Shown: positions 53,800-64,000 of the stretch, one piece after another
Position numbering within the stretch: position 1 is the stretch's first letter
Layout of the letters: each line of letters starts with the position of its first letter
Assembly: GCA_964016885.1 (NCBI GenBank)
Contig: OZ024760.1
Span: forward strand, 13,330,001 to 13,394,000
Length of the DNA: 64,000 nucleotides
Source: Eledone cirrhosa
Lineage: Eukaryota
Direction of reading: 5' to 3'
The notes under the pieces: generated by a model
The model's database searches: none
The model's input: only the letters and a program-made list of their open reading frames with translations
Told to the model about the DNA's origin: nothing
Translations under genes and position numbers: made by a program

Positions 53800-54605
53800 G
53801 TGGTTATCACTGGTGCGGCTGGTGGCAGTGGTGGTGCTAGTGCTGGTGGTGTTGGTTGTGGTGGTGGTGGTGTTGATGGTGTTGGTTGTGGTGGTGGGTG
53901 GCGCTAGTGCTGGTGGTGTTGGTTGTGGTTATGGTGGTGTTGATGGTGTTGGTTGTGGTGGTGGTGGCGCTAGTGCTGGTGGTGTTGGTTGTGGTGATGG
54001 TGGTGTTGATGGTGTTGGTTGTAGTGGTGGTGGTGGTGCTAGTGCTGGTGGTGTTGATGGCGCTAGTGCTGGTGGTGTTGGTTGTGGTGGTGGTGGCGCT
54101 AGTGCTGGTGGTGTTGATGGTGGTGGTTGTGGTGGTGCGGCGCTAGTGCTGGTGGTGTTGCTGGTACTAGTGCTGGTGGTGGTGGTGCTAGTGCTGGTGG
54201 TGTTGATGGTGTTGGTTGTGGTGGTGCTGGTGCTGGTGGTGTTGGTTGTGGTGGTGCGGCGCTAGTGCTGGTGGTGTTGTTGGTACTAGAGCTGTTGGTG
54301 GTGTTGTTGGTATAGTGCTGGTGATGGTGGTGCTCGTGCTGGTGGTGTTGATGGTGTTGGTTGTGGTGGTGGTGTTGGTTGTGATGGTGATGCTAGTGTT
54401 GGTGGTGGTGATGCTAGTAATGGGTTGGTGTTGATGGTACTAGTGCTGGTGGTGTTGGTTGTGGTGGTGGCGCTAGTGCTGGTGGTGTTGGTTGTGGCGG
54501 TGATGGTGCTGGTGCTGGTGGTGTTGATGGTGCGGCGGTGATGATGCTGGTTGTAGTGGTGTTGGAAATGGTGGTGTTGTTGATGGTGATAATGGTGATG
54601 GTAGT
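53800..54605. repeat. (GGT)n-derived minisatellite
   Basis: Recurrent GCGCTAGTGCTGGTGGTGTTGGTTGTGGTGGT units. Confidence 0.9.
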
Positions 54606-54694
54606 GCCTGGGTTGTCACAATATTCCAACCACAGCTGTTTATCTCTGATGTCGATTAGATCTTACAGCCATGTTGTACCGGCCATCCTATATC

Positions 54695-54863
54695 GCAGTA
54701 TCGGTAGAGGGTCGGACGCGATGCTTTGCAGCATAGAGTTACGGTCTCAATTCAAATCCCGCCGAGGTTAACTTTGCCTTTCATCTTACAGGGTCGATAA
54801 AATAAAGTACCAGTAATGTACTGGGATATATGCTGGCCTTGTGCCAAAAGTAGAAACAATTAT
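54695..54863 (+). mobile_element. SINE family A copy
   Basis: GCAGTATCGGTAGAGGGTCGGACG...TTCAAATCCCGCCGAGG...GTCGATAAAATAAAGTACCAG...GCCAAAAGTAGAAAC. Confidence 0.85.
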
Positions 54864-54974
54864 TTTAAATGAACAAATACACAAATATATTAAAAGCACA
54901 CTTATCGATAAGCTAAAAAACGAATAATTTCGAGTTTGAAGACCATATTAGTTGAAAACATCTAATATCGCAGG

Positions 54975-55296
54975 AAAAACATTACAAAGCCGTAATCTGG
55001 TGCAGTCTGCGACTGACCCAGGTTCTGCTGCACGTCGGGCTGAGGGGGCCAAACTCCTCAAATACCGGTCGCTCTCCGACAGGTTTGCAGTCGTACTCCT
55101 GGCAGTGGAGACTTCTGGTGTCCTCGGCTCCAGGGCTACCTCCTTACTCACCACCATAGGCGCTGAGCTGGCCAGCCGCAGGTGTGAGCCCCGCGAGTGG
55201 CTTTCCCAGCGCGTCTCCCTTGCCGTCCTCCGGGGAAACGCCTTCTCCATTCTGTCCGCCGGGGCTGTGGGTGGGCCCCATCGCGTACCGTTGTAG
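54975..55296 (+). mobile_element. CRE-clade non-LTR retrotransposon 3' fragment (restriction-like endonuclease)
   Basis: SATDPGSAARRAEGAKLLKY...AVETSGVLG...QRVSLAVLRGNA matches the CRE RLE C-terminus (AE..K..KY, P.AVET.G.WG, QR.S.A..RGN). It is a GC-rich island in AT-rich DNA. Confidence 0.85.
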
Positions 55297-56168
55297 TTGT
55301 TGTTATACATATATTAACTCATCAATCCCATTGTCCTAATCCCTAATTATTAAGTTTCTCGTATGCGAGACAGGTCTCATTGTAAAGAAAACACCGTTAA
55401 TGCTGCTTCCACGTATCCAGTTATCTAAAATAACAAAACTAAACTAAAAGCGAATTATTTCTCAAGGTTTTTAAGGTTAAATTCGTTGAAAACACATAAA
55501 AAAGCATAGGGGAAAAACATAAATTTCAACTCCAAAGCAAGAAGGGGTGCAATTATAATGGATATGGCTGCTATTTTCTAGCAAGTGAAACAACCACATA
55601 GAGGCTCCCTCGCTAGAATCTTGTTGATTTGTTTTTATTTTTACGGATATATTGCTTTTATTACCGGTGTCATTCGAAGTTTGTACACCACAAACAAATA
55701 GTCCGTTTGATCGAGTGGCTAACAACGGGGTTTTACCCACACACAAACAGATATTCACCTCTAGTGAGATCTTTGCGGCATATAGTTACAACACTTTCCT
55801 TTGCGTTCTGAGTTCAAAATCTCGCTGACGTTGAGCTTTGCTTTTTTATCCTTACGAGGTCGGTAAAATAAAGTACCAGTAATGCACTGTGATCGATTTG
55901 ATCAACTTTCCCTTCAAATTGCTAGCCTTGTGCCTATAGTAGAAATAATTATTCCCCCAATATTGAAGAATTCCGTTGTTATAAATTTATTGATGTTTCA
56001 TAACCTTATTTTCTTGTTTACACGTTTGAATATGTGTAAATACAAACTGAGATTATCCATTTGTGTGTATATATATATATATATATAATTGGTGTTGGAT
56101 GCTTAAAGTGTTTGTATGCGGTAGGCCGTAAGAGCACTCGATGCCTTCGTAGAGCAGAGTATGGTATC

Positions 56169-56460
56169 ACAGAAAAGAGAATCAGTGTTGCGATGAAAGG
56201 AATTTATAGGAAATATTACAATTGTTTCTCGGAGCGACCACCTTGAGGCACGATCGATGTGGTGATCAAACCTGACTCTGAAATCGCGCAGTCCTCTGAT
56301 ACGTCTCGATTCTATGAAGCACACTTCGTATCCGAGGACCGCGTGCTTTCAGAGTCAGGTTTGATCACCACATCGATCGTTCCTCGAGCTGGGTCGCCCA
56401 AGAAACAATTGTAATATGTCCACTAAATTCCTTTCGTCGCAACACTGATTCTCTTTTTGT
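56169..56460. repeat. ~290-bp fold-back element (arms about 135 bp, diverged)
   Basis: ACAGAAAAGAGAATCAGTGTTGCGA...CGATCGATGTGGTGATCAAACCTGACTCTGAAA and its reverse complement TTTCAGAGTCAGGTTTGATCACCACATCGATCG...TCGCAACACTGATTCTCTTTTTGT. Confidence 0.85.
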
Positions 56461-56757
56461 TTATATATATAATATATATATAATATATTATATATACTAT
56501 ATAATATATATATATAATATATATATAATATATATATATAATATATATATATAATATATATATATAATATTATATATAATATATATATATAATATATATA
56601 TATAATATATATATATAATATATATATGATATATATATATAATATATATATGATGATATATATATATAATATATATAATATAATATATATAATATGATAT
56701 ATATATATATGATATATATATATATGATATTATATATATATAATAATATATATATAT

Positions 56758-56789
<32 letters not shown>

Positions 56790-57419
56790 ATATGTGAACG
56801 CCAAAACATAAATGAACTAAGGGAGAAATTAGGAATAAGAGGGATCAGATGTTGTTTACTCGAGAGAAGACTACATTGGCATGGTCACGTGATGTGCATG
56901 AAAGACGACAGCTATATAAAAAAGTGCAAGGTGATAAAATAGACGGTAGCCACAGAGTAGGCAGACCCAGAAAAACCTGGGGACGACTTGATAAATTCTG
57001 ACCTCACACCTCTCCAAGACAATGTCACTGGACCGAGATCTTTGGCGCTACACAGTAATACAGAAGACCCGTCTTGCCTAAGTACAAAGCGAAACCTACA
57101 GTCAATAGGCACCTCGTAACAAAAATACAGCCCCGTCCCCACTACCCCACCCCATCCACACCACCCCATTCAATGTAAAGTTATGTTGGTACCACAACAT
57201 CCAGTCTGAAACAAATGAGGTTGTGTAGATGTTACGACAAAAAAAACACAGTCCAAGCTGTAATGTGGCCGTGTAGATAACATGGTAAAAACCTCCCAGC
57301 CGTAGAAAACCCGCCAAACAGTCCTATGCGAGCAAGACAACCACTCTTGCCTCAAGTGGGAAAACTCCCGTCCAAACCCATGCAAGCGTGGAAGATGGAC
57401 GTTAAACGATGATGATGAT
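56790..57419 (+). mobile_element. RTE LINE 3' end, same family as 42191-43809
   Basis: ERQNINELREKLGIRGIRCCLLERRLHWHGHV, a near-identical 3' UTR and a (GAT)n tail. Confidence 0.9.
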
Positions 57420-57746
57420 ATATATATAATATATAATATATATATATGTGTCAATAATTGTCACAAGTGTAGTGTTTGTACTAGAGTTTTCAAGTCGCTG
57501 GCTGGACTAAAAAGTCACACTCGTTCAGCGCATCGGTAGGGGTTCTCCTACATGGATATAAAGTAGTGGCCGTACTCGAAAACGAGTTGGCAGCCACCAT
57601 ATATATAATATATATATATATATAATATATATATAATATATAATATATATATAATATATAATATATATATAATATATAATATATATATAATATATATATA
57701 ATATATATATATATACATAATATATATATAAATATATATAATATAT

Positions 57747-57779
<33 letters not shown>

Positions 57780-57816
57780 ATATATAATATATATATAATA
57801 AATATATATATATAAT

Positions 57817-57852
<36 letters not shown>

Positions 57853-57895
57853 ATATATATATATATATATAATATATATATATATAATATATATA

Positions 57896-58660
57896 CAGTC
57901 GAGTCCACTTAAGAATATATCGGATAAGAGTATAGGCCGCTTAAGAGTATAGCATAATCAATTCCTGTTTATATATTTTCTATATAATTTAATCCGAATA
58001 AGAGTATAATTAATACGGTAAAGTAAATTGGGCTTATAATCTAACATAACCATTTTAAAACAATTCAAAATGAAATGCGATGTTGTCATTTATACAACCA
58101 TTCTAAAGGCAATTTAAACTTTAATATATGCAAATACAAAAATAATCATTCATTGTGTCATAAAAATGTCTTTGAAACGCTCTACTTTATCCATTACTCA
58201 AAAAATTGCTATTTCGGATGAATTGAAATCCGCTAAGTCACAAAATGAATTGTCTAATAAATTCAATTGCAGTCAAGCAGCCATCTCTAGAATTAAAAAG
58301 AAAACGAGAAAAAATATCGGAAATAGGCTCTATCAAATGTGAATTTGCATGCGAAACGTAAAAGATCAGTTGATCATCAAGGATTGGAAGATGCACTCAT
58401 AAAATGGTTTCACCAAATTGCATACCAATATGTTGAAATATTGCTTAATTTATCTATAATTTGCAAATATTCTTGTTGAATTTTTTGGTGTGACTTTTAT
58501 TTCTTTTACTTATAAATGCATTTTAAACGATAATAAAGCGATTTTTAATCATTGAAAGACTCAAAACAATAATACTATGGAATATTTTTACTTAGTCCGA
58601 ATAAGACTATAGTCCAGTTAAGAGTATACTATTTTCCATTCCCGAGGGTATACTCTTATA
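57896..58660 (+). mobile_element. Tigger/pogo-family DNA transposon deletion derivative
   Basis: TA-CAGTCGAGTCCACTTAAG left TIR. From the ATG at 58166: MSLKRSTLSITQKIAISDELKSAKSQNELSNKFNCSQAAISRIKK (psq/CENP-B N-terminal HTH), then after a frameshift KRKRSVDHQGLEDALIKWFHQI. The right TIR is only partial (GTATACTCTTA). Confidence 0.8.
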
Positions 58661-59470
58661 TCCAGTTCTGCGTTTACAGATTGACTTTGTTAGTTTCAGA
58701 AGATCCCGTTAAGGGTGAAAGCAGCTATTCTTTGCTTAAACTTTAATCTGTTATTTTAATAAATATATATATAATATATATATATAATATATATATAATA
58801 TATATATATGAATAAAGTTAGTCCTTCATCAGTGATCTTCCAACCATCATTGGTATTTCATCGCTTTAAAGACCATATACCTCCGGTTGGTGCGAGCAAC
58901 GGCTAAAAAAAGTCGTTGGGACACGTAAATAAAGGGGACACGAGAGTGTAAACAAACAAAGATGGTGAAGCAACGAAAAGTGAGGAAGAAGGAGTCAAGT
59001 CCCAAATTTCCATGAATATAAATTCGGTGAAATCGTGAACGAGAGAGAATAAAGACCATCAAACCTGGTTGGAATGTGAGCAAGGAAGGAATTCCGTACA
59101 TGTCTAACGGGAGGAAGAAGGGATCTAGTCTGTGAATTCGGTGAACGTAAGTTCTGTGAAATCGTAGACGAGAGAGAGAAAAAAAGCGACCTGCCTGACA
59201 AAGGGTGCGAAAGAAAAGAATTACGCACAGGTCAAATGGGAAGAAGGAGGAGGAGGAGGAGAGGTAGAAACAGAGAATGAGTGAGTGAAGGGTGAGGAAG
59301 AGGCTAACAGAGAGAGTGACTGCTAGAGAGGGTAAAGATACAGAGAAAGAGGAAGCAGTAAGAACGAAATAGACGGGTCACAGCGAGGAAAAAAATGTGT
59401 AAATATGAGAATAAATGTGCTGCGTGGTTGCTAATGGGTTACATAATATAATATATATATATATATATAT

Positions 59471-59510
<40 letters not shown>

Positions 59511-59511
<1 letters not shown>

Positions 59512-59770
59512 CATCATCATCATCAACGTTTAACGTCCGTGTTCCACGCTTGCATGGGTTTGGACGGGGGTAGTCCCACTTGAGGCAAGAGTGATTGTCT
59601 TGCTCGCATAGGACTGTCTGGCAGGTTTTCTACAGTTGGATGCCCTTCCTAACACCAACTACATTTACAGTGTGGGTCTGGGAGGTTTTTACCGTGTTGC
59701 CTACACGGCCACATTACAGCGTGGACTGTGTGTTTTTTTGTCGTGACACCTACACGATCTCATTTGCTTC
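59511..59770 (-). mobile_element. RTE 3'-UTR fragment
   Basis: Matches 42191-42440. Confidence 0.8.
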
Positions 59771-59843
59771 GGCCTGGATGGCGCGGCATATATATATATA
59801 TATAATATATATATAATATATATATATAATATATATATAATAT

Positions 59844-59886
<43 letters not shown>

Positions 59887-59890
59887 TATA

Positions 59891-60740
59891 AAGAGGACAA
59901 AACCCTGATTCCATCAGGGAAATGGCCATGTTCGATATGCAGAAAAGGAACTGGCATAAATTCTATAAAATGCACATAATGTAGATCCTGGGTACACAAG
60001 AGATATAGCGGGATAGCAGGCAAACTAACAGGTAGGGAGAAATATATATGCAGTAGATGTACAGGGAAATTAGACAATAGAAGTCGCATTGATAGACACA
60101 TTTTTCAAATGCAGCAGGGCGCTATAGAAGTGGTGGATAGCTTCCGGTACCTAGATCAGATTAGCATGGGAGGAGGGTGTTCCGAGGCCATAGTATCTAG
60201 AATAAGAACGGGTTGGAAGAAGTTTAGGGAGCTGCTTCCTCTGTTGACGAAGAAGGGTTTCTCCCTGCGTACGAAAGGCCGGTTGTATGATGCCTGTGTG
60301 AGGAGCGCGATGCTGCATGGTAATGAGACATGGGCAGCAACTGCAGAGGATATGCGACGGCTGGAGAGAAATGAGACAAGCATGCTCCGTTGGATGTGCA
60401 GTGTAAATGTGCGTGAACGACCCAGCATAAATGTGTTGAGAGAGAAACTGTGTCTGAGTGGGATAGAATGTAGTGTACGGAAGAGGAGACTGAGGTGGTA
60501 TGGACATGTGATGCGCATGGAGGATGACCGATGGGTGAAGAAGTGCCAGTTGAAGGAAGACGGGGTAGAGGTAGACCACGAAAAACATGGGCAGAGGTGG
60601 TGAGAACAGACCTCAGATCATTGAAGCTCACGGTGGAGATGACGAGGGACCGTGACGAGTGGAGAGATGCTGTGCTGAATAAGACCCGCCCCACCCTTGC
60701 AAGCAGGGAAAAGCGGACGTAAGATGATGATGATAATGAT
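59891..60740 (+). mobile_element. RTE-clade LINE 3' fragment (second subfamily)
   Basis: GKWPCSICRKG...VDSFRYL...GWKKFRELLPLL...RLRWYGHVMRM...GRGRPRKTW; tail CCCACCCTTGCAAGCAGGGAAAAGCGGACGTAA plus (GAT)n. Confidence 0.92.
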
Positions 60741-60779
60741 ATATATATATATTATATATATATAATATATATATATATT

Positions 60780-60823
<44 letters not shown>

Positions 60824-60861
60824 AATATATATATATTATATGAAATCGTGTGTCGAAACAA

Positions 60862-61065
60862 ATATTGTTATACTTGGGGAGGGTCATATTTGTGTAATAT
60901 TGCCAGAATTAATAACAGAACACACTCACTGTTTGGTTGGTTTTCGCTTTTCGCTTCTGTGTCTTTTATATCGGTAGATTACCGGTATAAACAAACAGTG
61001 AGTGTGTTCTGTTATTAATTCTGGCAATATTACACAAATATGACCCTCCCCAAGTATAACAATAT
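60862..61065. repeat. Perfect 74-bp inverted repeat with a 56-bp spacer
   Basis: Arms 60862-60935 and 60992-61065. Confidence 0.92.
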
Positions 61066-62380
61066 ATATATAATATATATATATAATAAATATATATATA
61101 ATATATAATATATATAAAATATATATATATAATATATATATATAATATATATATATAATATATAATATATATATATAATATATATATATAATATATATAT
61201 AATATATATATATAATATATATATAATATATATATATAATATATATATATATAATATATAATATATATAAAATATATATAATATATATATATAATATATA
61301 ATATATATATAATATATATATATAATATATATATATAATATATAATATATATATAATATATATATATAATATATATATATAATATATAATATATATATAA
61401 TATATATATATAATATATATATATAATATATATATAATATATATATAATATATATATATAATATATATATATAATATAAATATAATATATATATATAATA
61501 TAAATATAATATATATATATAATATAAATATAATATATATATATAATATAAATATAATATAAATATAATATATAATATATATATAATATATATATATAAT
61601 ATATATATAATATATATATATAATATATATATATAATATATATATATAATATATATATATAATATATATATATAATATAAATCTATAATATATATAATAT
61701 ATATATATAAATCTATAATATATATAATATATATATATAATATATATATATATATATTATATATAATATATATATATATTATATATAATATATAATATAT
61801 ATATATATAATATATAATATATATATATATATTATATATATATAATATATATATTATATATAATATATAATATATATATATATTATATATAATATATAAT
61901 ATATATATATATTATATATATATAATATATATATATATTATATATAATATATATATATATATATTATAATATATATATATATATATTATATATAATATAT
62001 ATATATATATATTATAATATATATATATATATTATATATATATAATATATATATATATAATATAAAATATATATATATATATATATAATATAAAATATAT
62101 ATATATATAATATATAATATATATATATATAATATATAATATATATATCTATAATATATATATATATAATATATAATATATATATATATATATAATATAT
62201 AATATATATATATATAATATATATATATATAATATATAATATATATATATATAATATATATATATATAATATATAATATATATATATATATAATATATAA
62301 TATATATAATATATATATATATATAATATATAATATATAATATATATATATATATAATATAATATATATATATATATATA
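61066..62380. repeat. (TA)n/(TAA)-interrupted microsatellite, about 1.3 kb
   Basis: Seen directly. Confidence 0.97.
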
Positions 62381-62753
62381 TAATTGTTTCTACTTTTGGC
62401 ACAAGGCCAGCAATTACTCAGTGCATTACTGGTACTTTATTTTATCGACCCCGTAAGGATGAAAGGCAAAGTCAACCTCGGCGGGATTTGAACTCAGATC
62501 GTAAAGGGACGTAACTATGCTGGAAAGCATGGCGTCCGACCCTCTACCGATACTGCCAATATAATATATATAATAATTGTTTCTACCCTTGGTACAAGGC
62601 CAGCAATTATCCATCGCATCACTGGTACTTTATTTTATCGACCCCGTAAGGATGAAAGGCAAAATTAACTTCGGCGGGATTTGAACTCAGAATGGCGAGA
62701 GCCGTAACTCTCTGCGTCAAAGCATGGCTTCCGACCCTCTACCGATACTGCCA
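62381..62753 (-). mobile_element. Tandem dimer of SINE family A
   Basis: Two complete copies at 62381-62559 and 62574-62753. Confidence 0.88.
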
Positions 62754-63506
62754 TATATAATAATGGCCCTTGAAATATGTATAATAAAATAAATATTGTT
62801 TTATAAATATAGTTTCCATTTGTTAATATATTGTATCTATATATAATATATATTGTTACACCTACACTGCTGAATAACTAACGAAGTAAATAAATAAAAT
62901 ATAATAAAAAAATAAATAAACGTATCTAAGGGGAATTACTCTAGTTTGTTTATTGATGAATTACGTCGCTTGTTATATTTTAAATTTTTATCACGTTTAG
63001 TGGTCAGTGTTTCAAGTAGAGCAAGTGACATGAGTGGACGGAAGAGGTAAAGTTTCGTTGAAGTTTAGTAGTTTAAACATCGCTACCTGCAGTGATACGA
63101 GACTGAATGGTGTGGGAGAGTGGTCTCGAGTGTAGGCCACTCCGTGGTTTCAACGGACGACAATGCAGAAAGCGTTACATCGGAGGATATGGAAAGAAAT
63201 CATATTGAAAGAGACATTGCAACTGGAGGAGGTTCATTCCTGCGGAGGTTCAGCTCCACCCCGAAAGAAGGGAGTCGGTTAGAGGACCAAAAACGTCAAA
63301 TGTTCCGACCGCTGTCGGTTCAACGCTAATGGGTGCTTCTTATTTCGTTGTTTTGTAAATTTACAGAAGTTTTTTTTTCTAGAATAATTTCTATTATATA
63401 TGGTAACTAAAATACACAAATAATCAGTGTTTCTATTAAAGCCTATCTAGTTTGTTAAAGAACGCGTTTACTATATACATCGTACTATTTCATATATATA
63501 TATATA

Positions 63507-63631
63507 TAGAAGTAGTTCCACAACAGTTAGTTCACCATACCGAGAACAAATGTTTCACCTTATTCGGGATCCGAATAAGGTGAAACATTTGTTTTCGGTA
63601 TGGTGGAGTAACTGTTGTGGAACTACTTCTA
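63507..63631. repeat. ~125-bp near-perfect palindrome
   Basis: TAGAAGTAGTTCCACAACAGTTA...TTTCACCTTATTCGG-GAT-CCGAATAAGGTGAAA...TAACTGTTGTGGAACTACTTCTA. Confidence 0.9.
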
Positions 63632-64000
63632 ACTAACTCGTCCCATGGAAAGAGTGCATTCATTATTTTTGCCTTTCATCCTTACGGGGTCGATAAAATA
63701 AAGCACCAGTAATACACTGGGATAATTGCTGGCCTTGAGCCAAATGTAGAAACAATTATTTATTCAAAGTAATCCAACTTATTTTACTAATAGGATAAAA
63801 AATGATAAACCGTACGCATTGTCGCGCTCCTTACTTTATTATAGTTTAGATATATATATATAGGACTTCCTTTTTCTGCCAGTAGTAGTGTTTGTTGTTT
63901 AGTCCCCAGATCAGAGTAAATTTATGAATGCACTAAAAATGGATCCACCCTCTTCCCACACTGCCTTGTTATTCATAATAGATTGGTTAGCATTTATTAT

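Noticed and set aside
53558-54434. Gly/Val-rich ORFs resembling structural proteins (GGASAGGVGCG)
   Set aside because: A (GGT)n-derived minisatellite open in several frames, with no credible start, signal peptide or splice context.
63030-63329. CpG-rich segment with a 69-aa ORF and a possible ATGAGTGGACGGAAGAG|GT first exon
   Set aside because: GTG start, in-frame stops upstream, no recognisable domain, and the nearby acceptor leads to a stop. It may be a transposon relic or a promoter, but cannot be called.

Overview
AT-rich, microsatellite-dense eukaryotic DNA. The SINE, RTE and Penelope-type repeats and the C2H2 gene suggest a coleoid cephalopod such as an octopus; this is inferred, not proven. 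The left half holds four protein-coding genes, all reconstructed by hand with GT-AG junctions and consistent phases: CMC1 (minus, 4 exons, 123 aa), an intronless C2H2 zinc-finger gene (minus, 248 aa), ADRM1/Rpn13 (plus, 10 exons, 404 aa) and EXTL3 (minus, 7 coding exons, 977 aa). ADRM1 and EXTL3 converge on a back-to-back pair of poly(A) signals. The right ~33 kb has no recognisable host CDS. It contains RTE LINE fragments, two tRNA-derived SINE families, a CRE-clade relic, a Tigger derivative, TTAA MITEs, long (TA)n/(CA)n/(CAC)n tracts and a 200-N gap. The most notable non-coding signal is a dispersed set of short elements carrying minimal hammerhead-ribozyme cores (CUGANGA...GAAA-NNNN-UH). 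These fall into at least three families and are often joined to long fold-back hairpins, as in Penelope-like or retrozyme-like elements. Most long ORFs in the supplied track are microsatellite artefacts.
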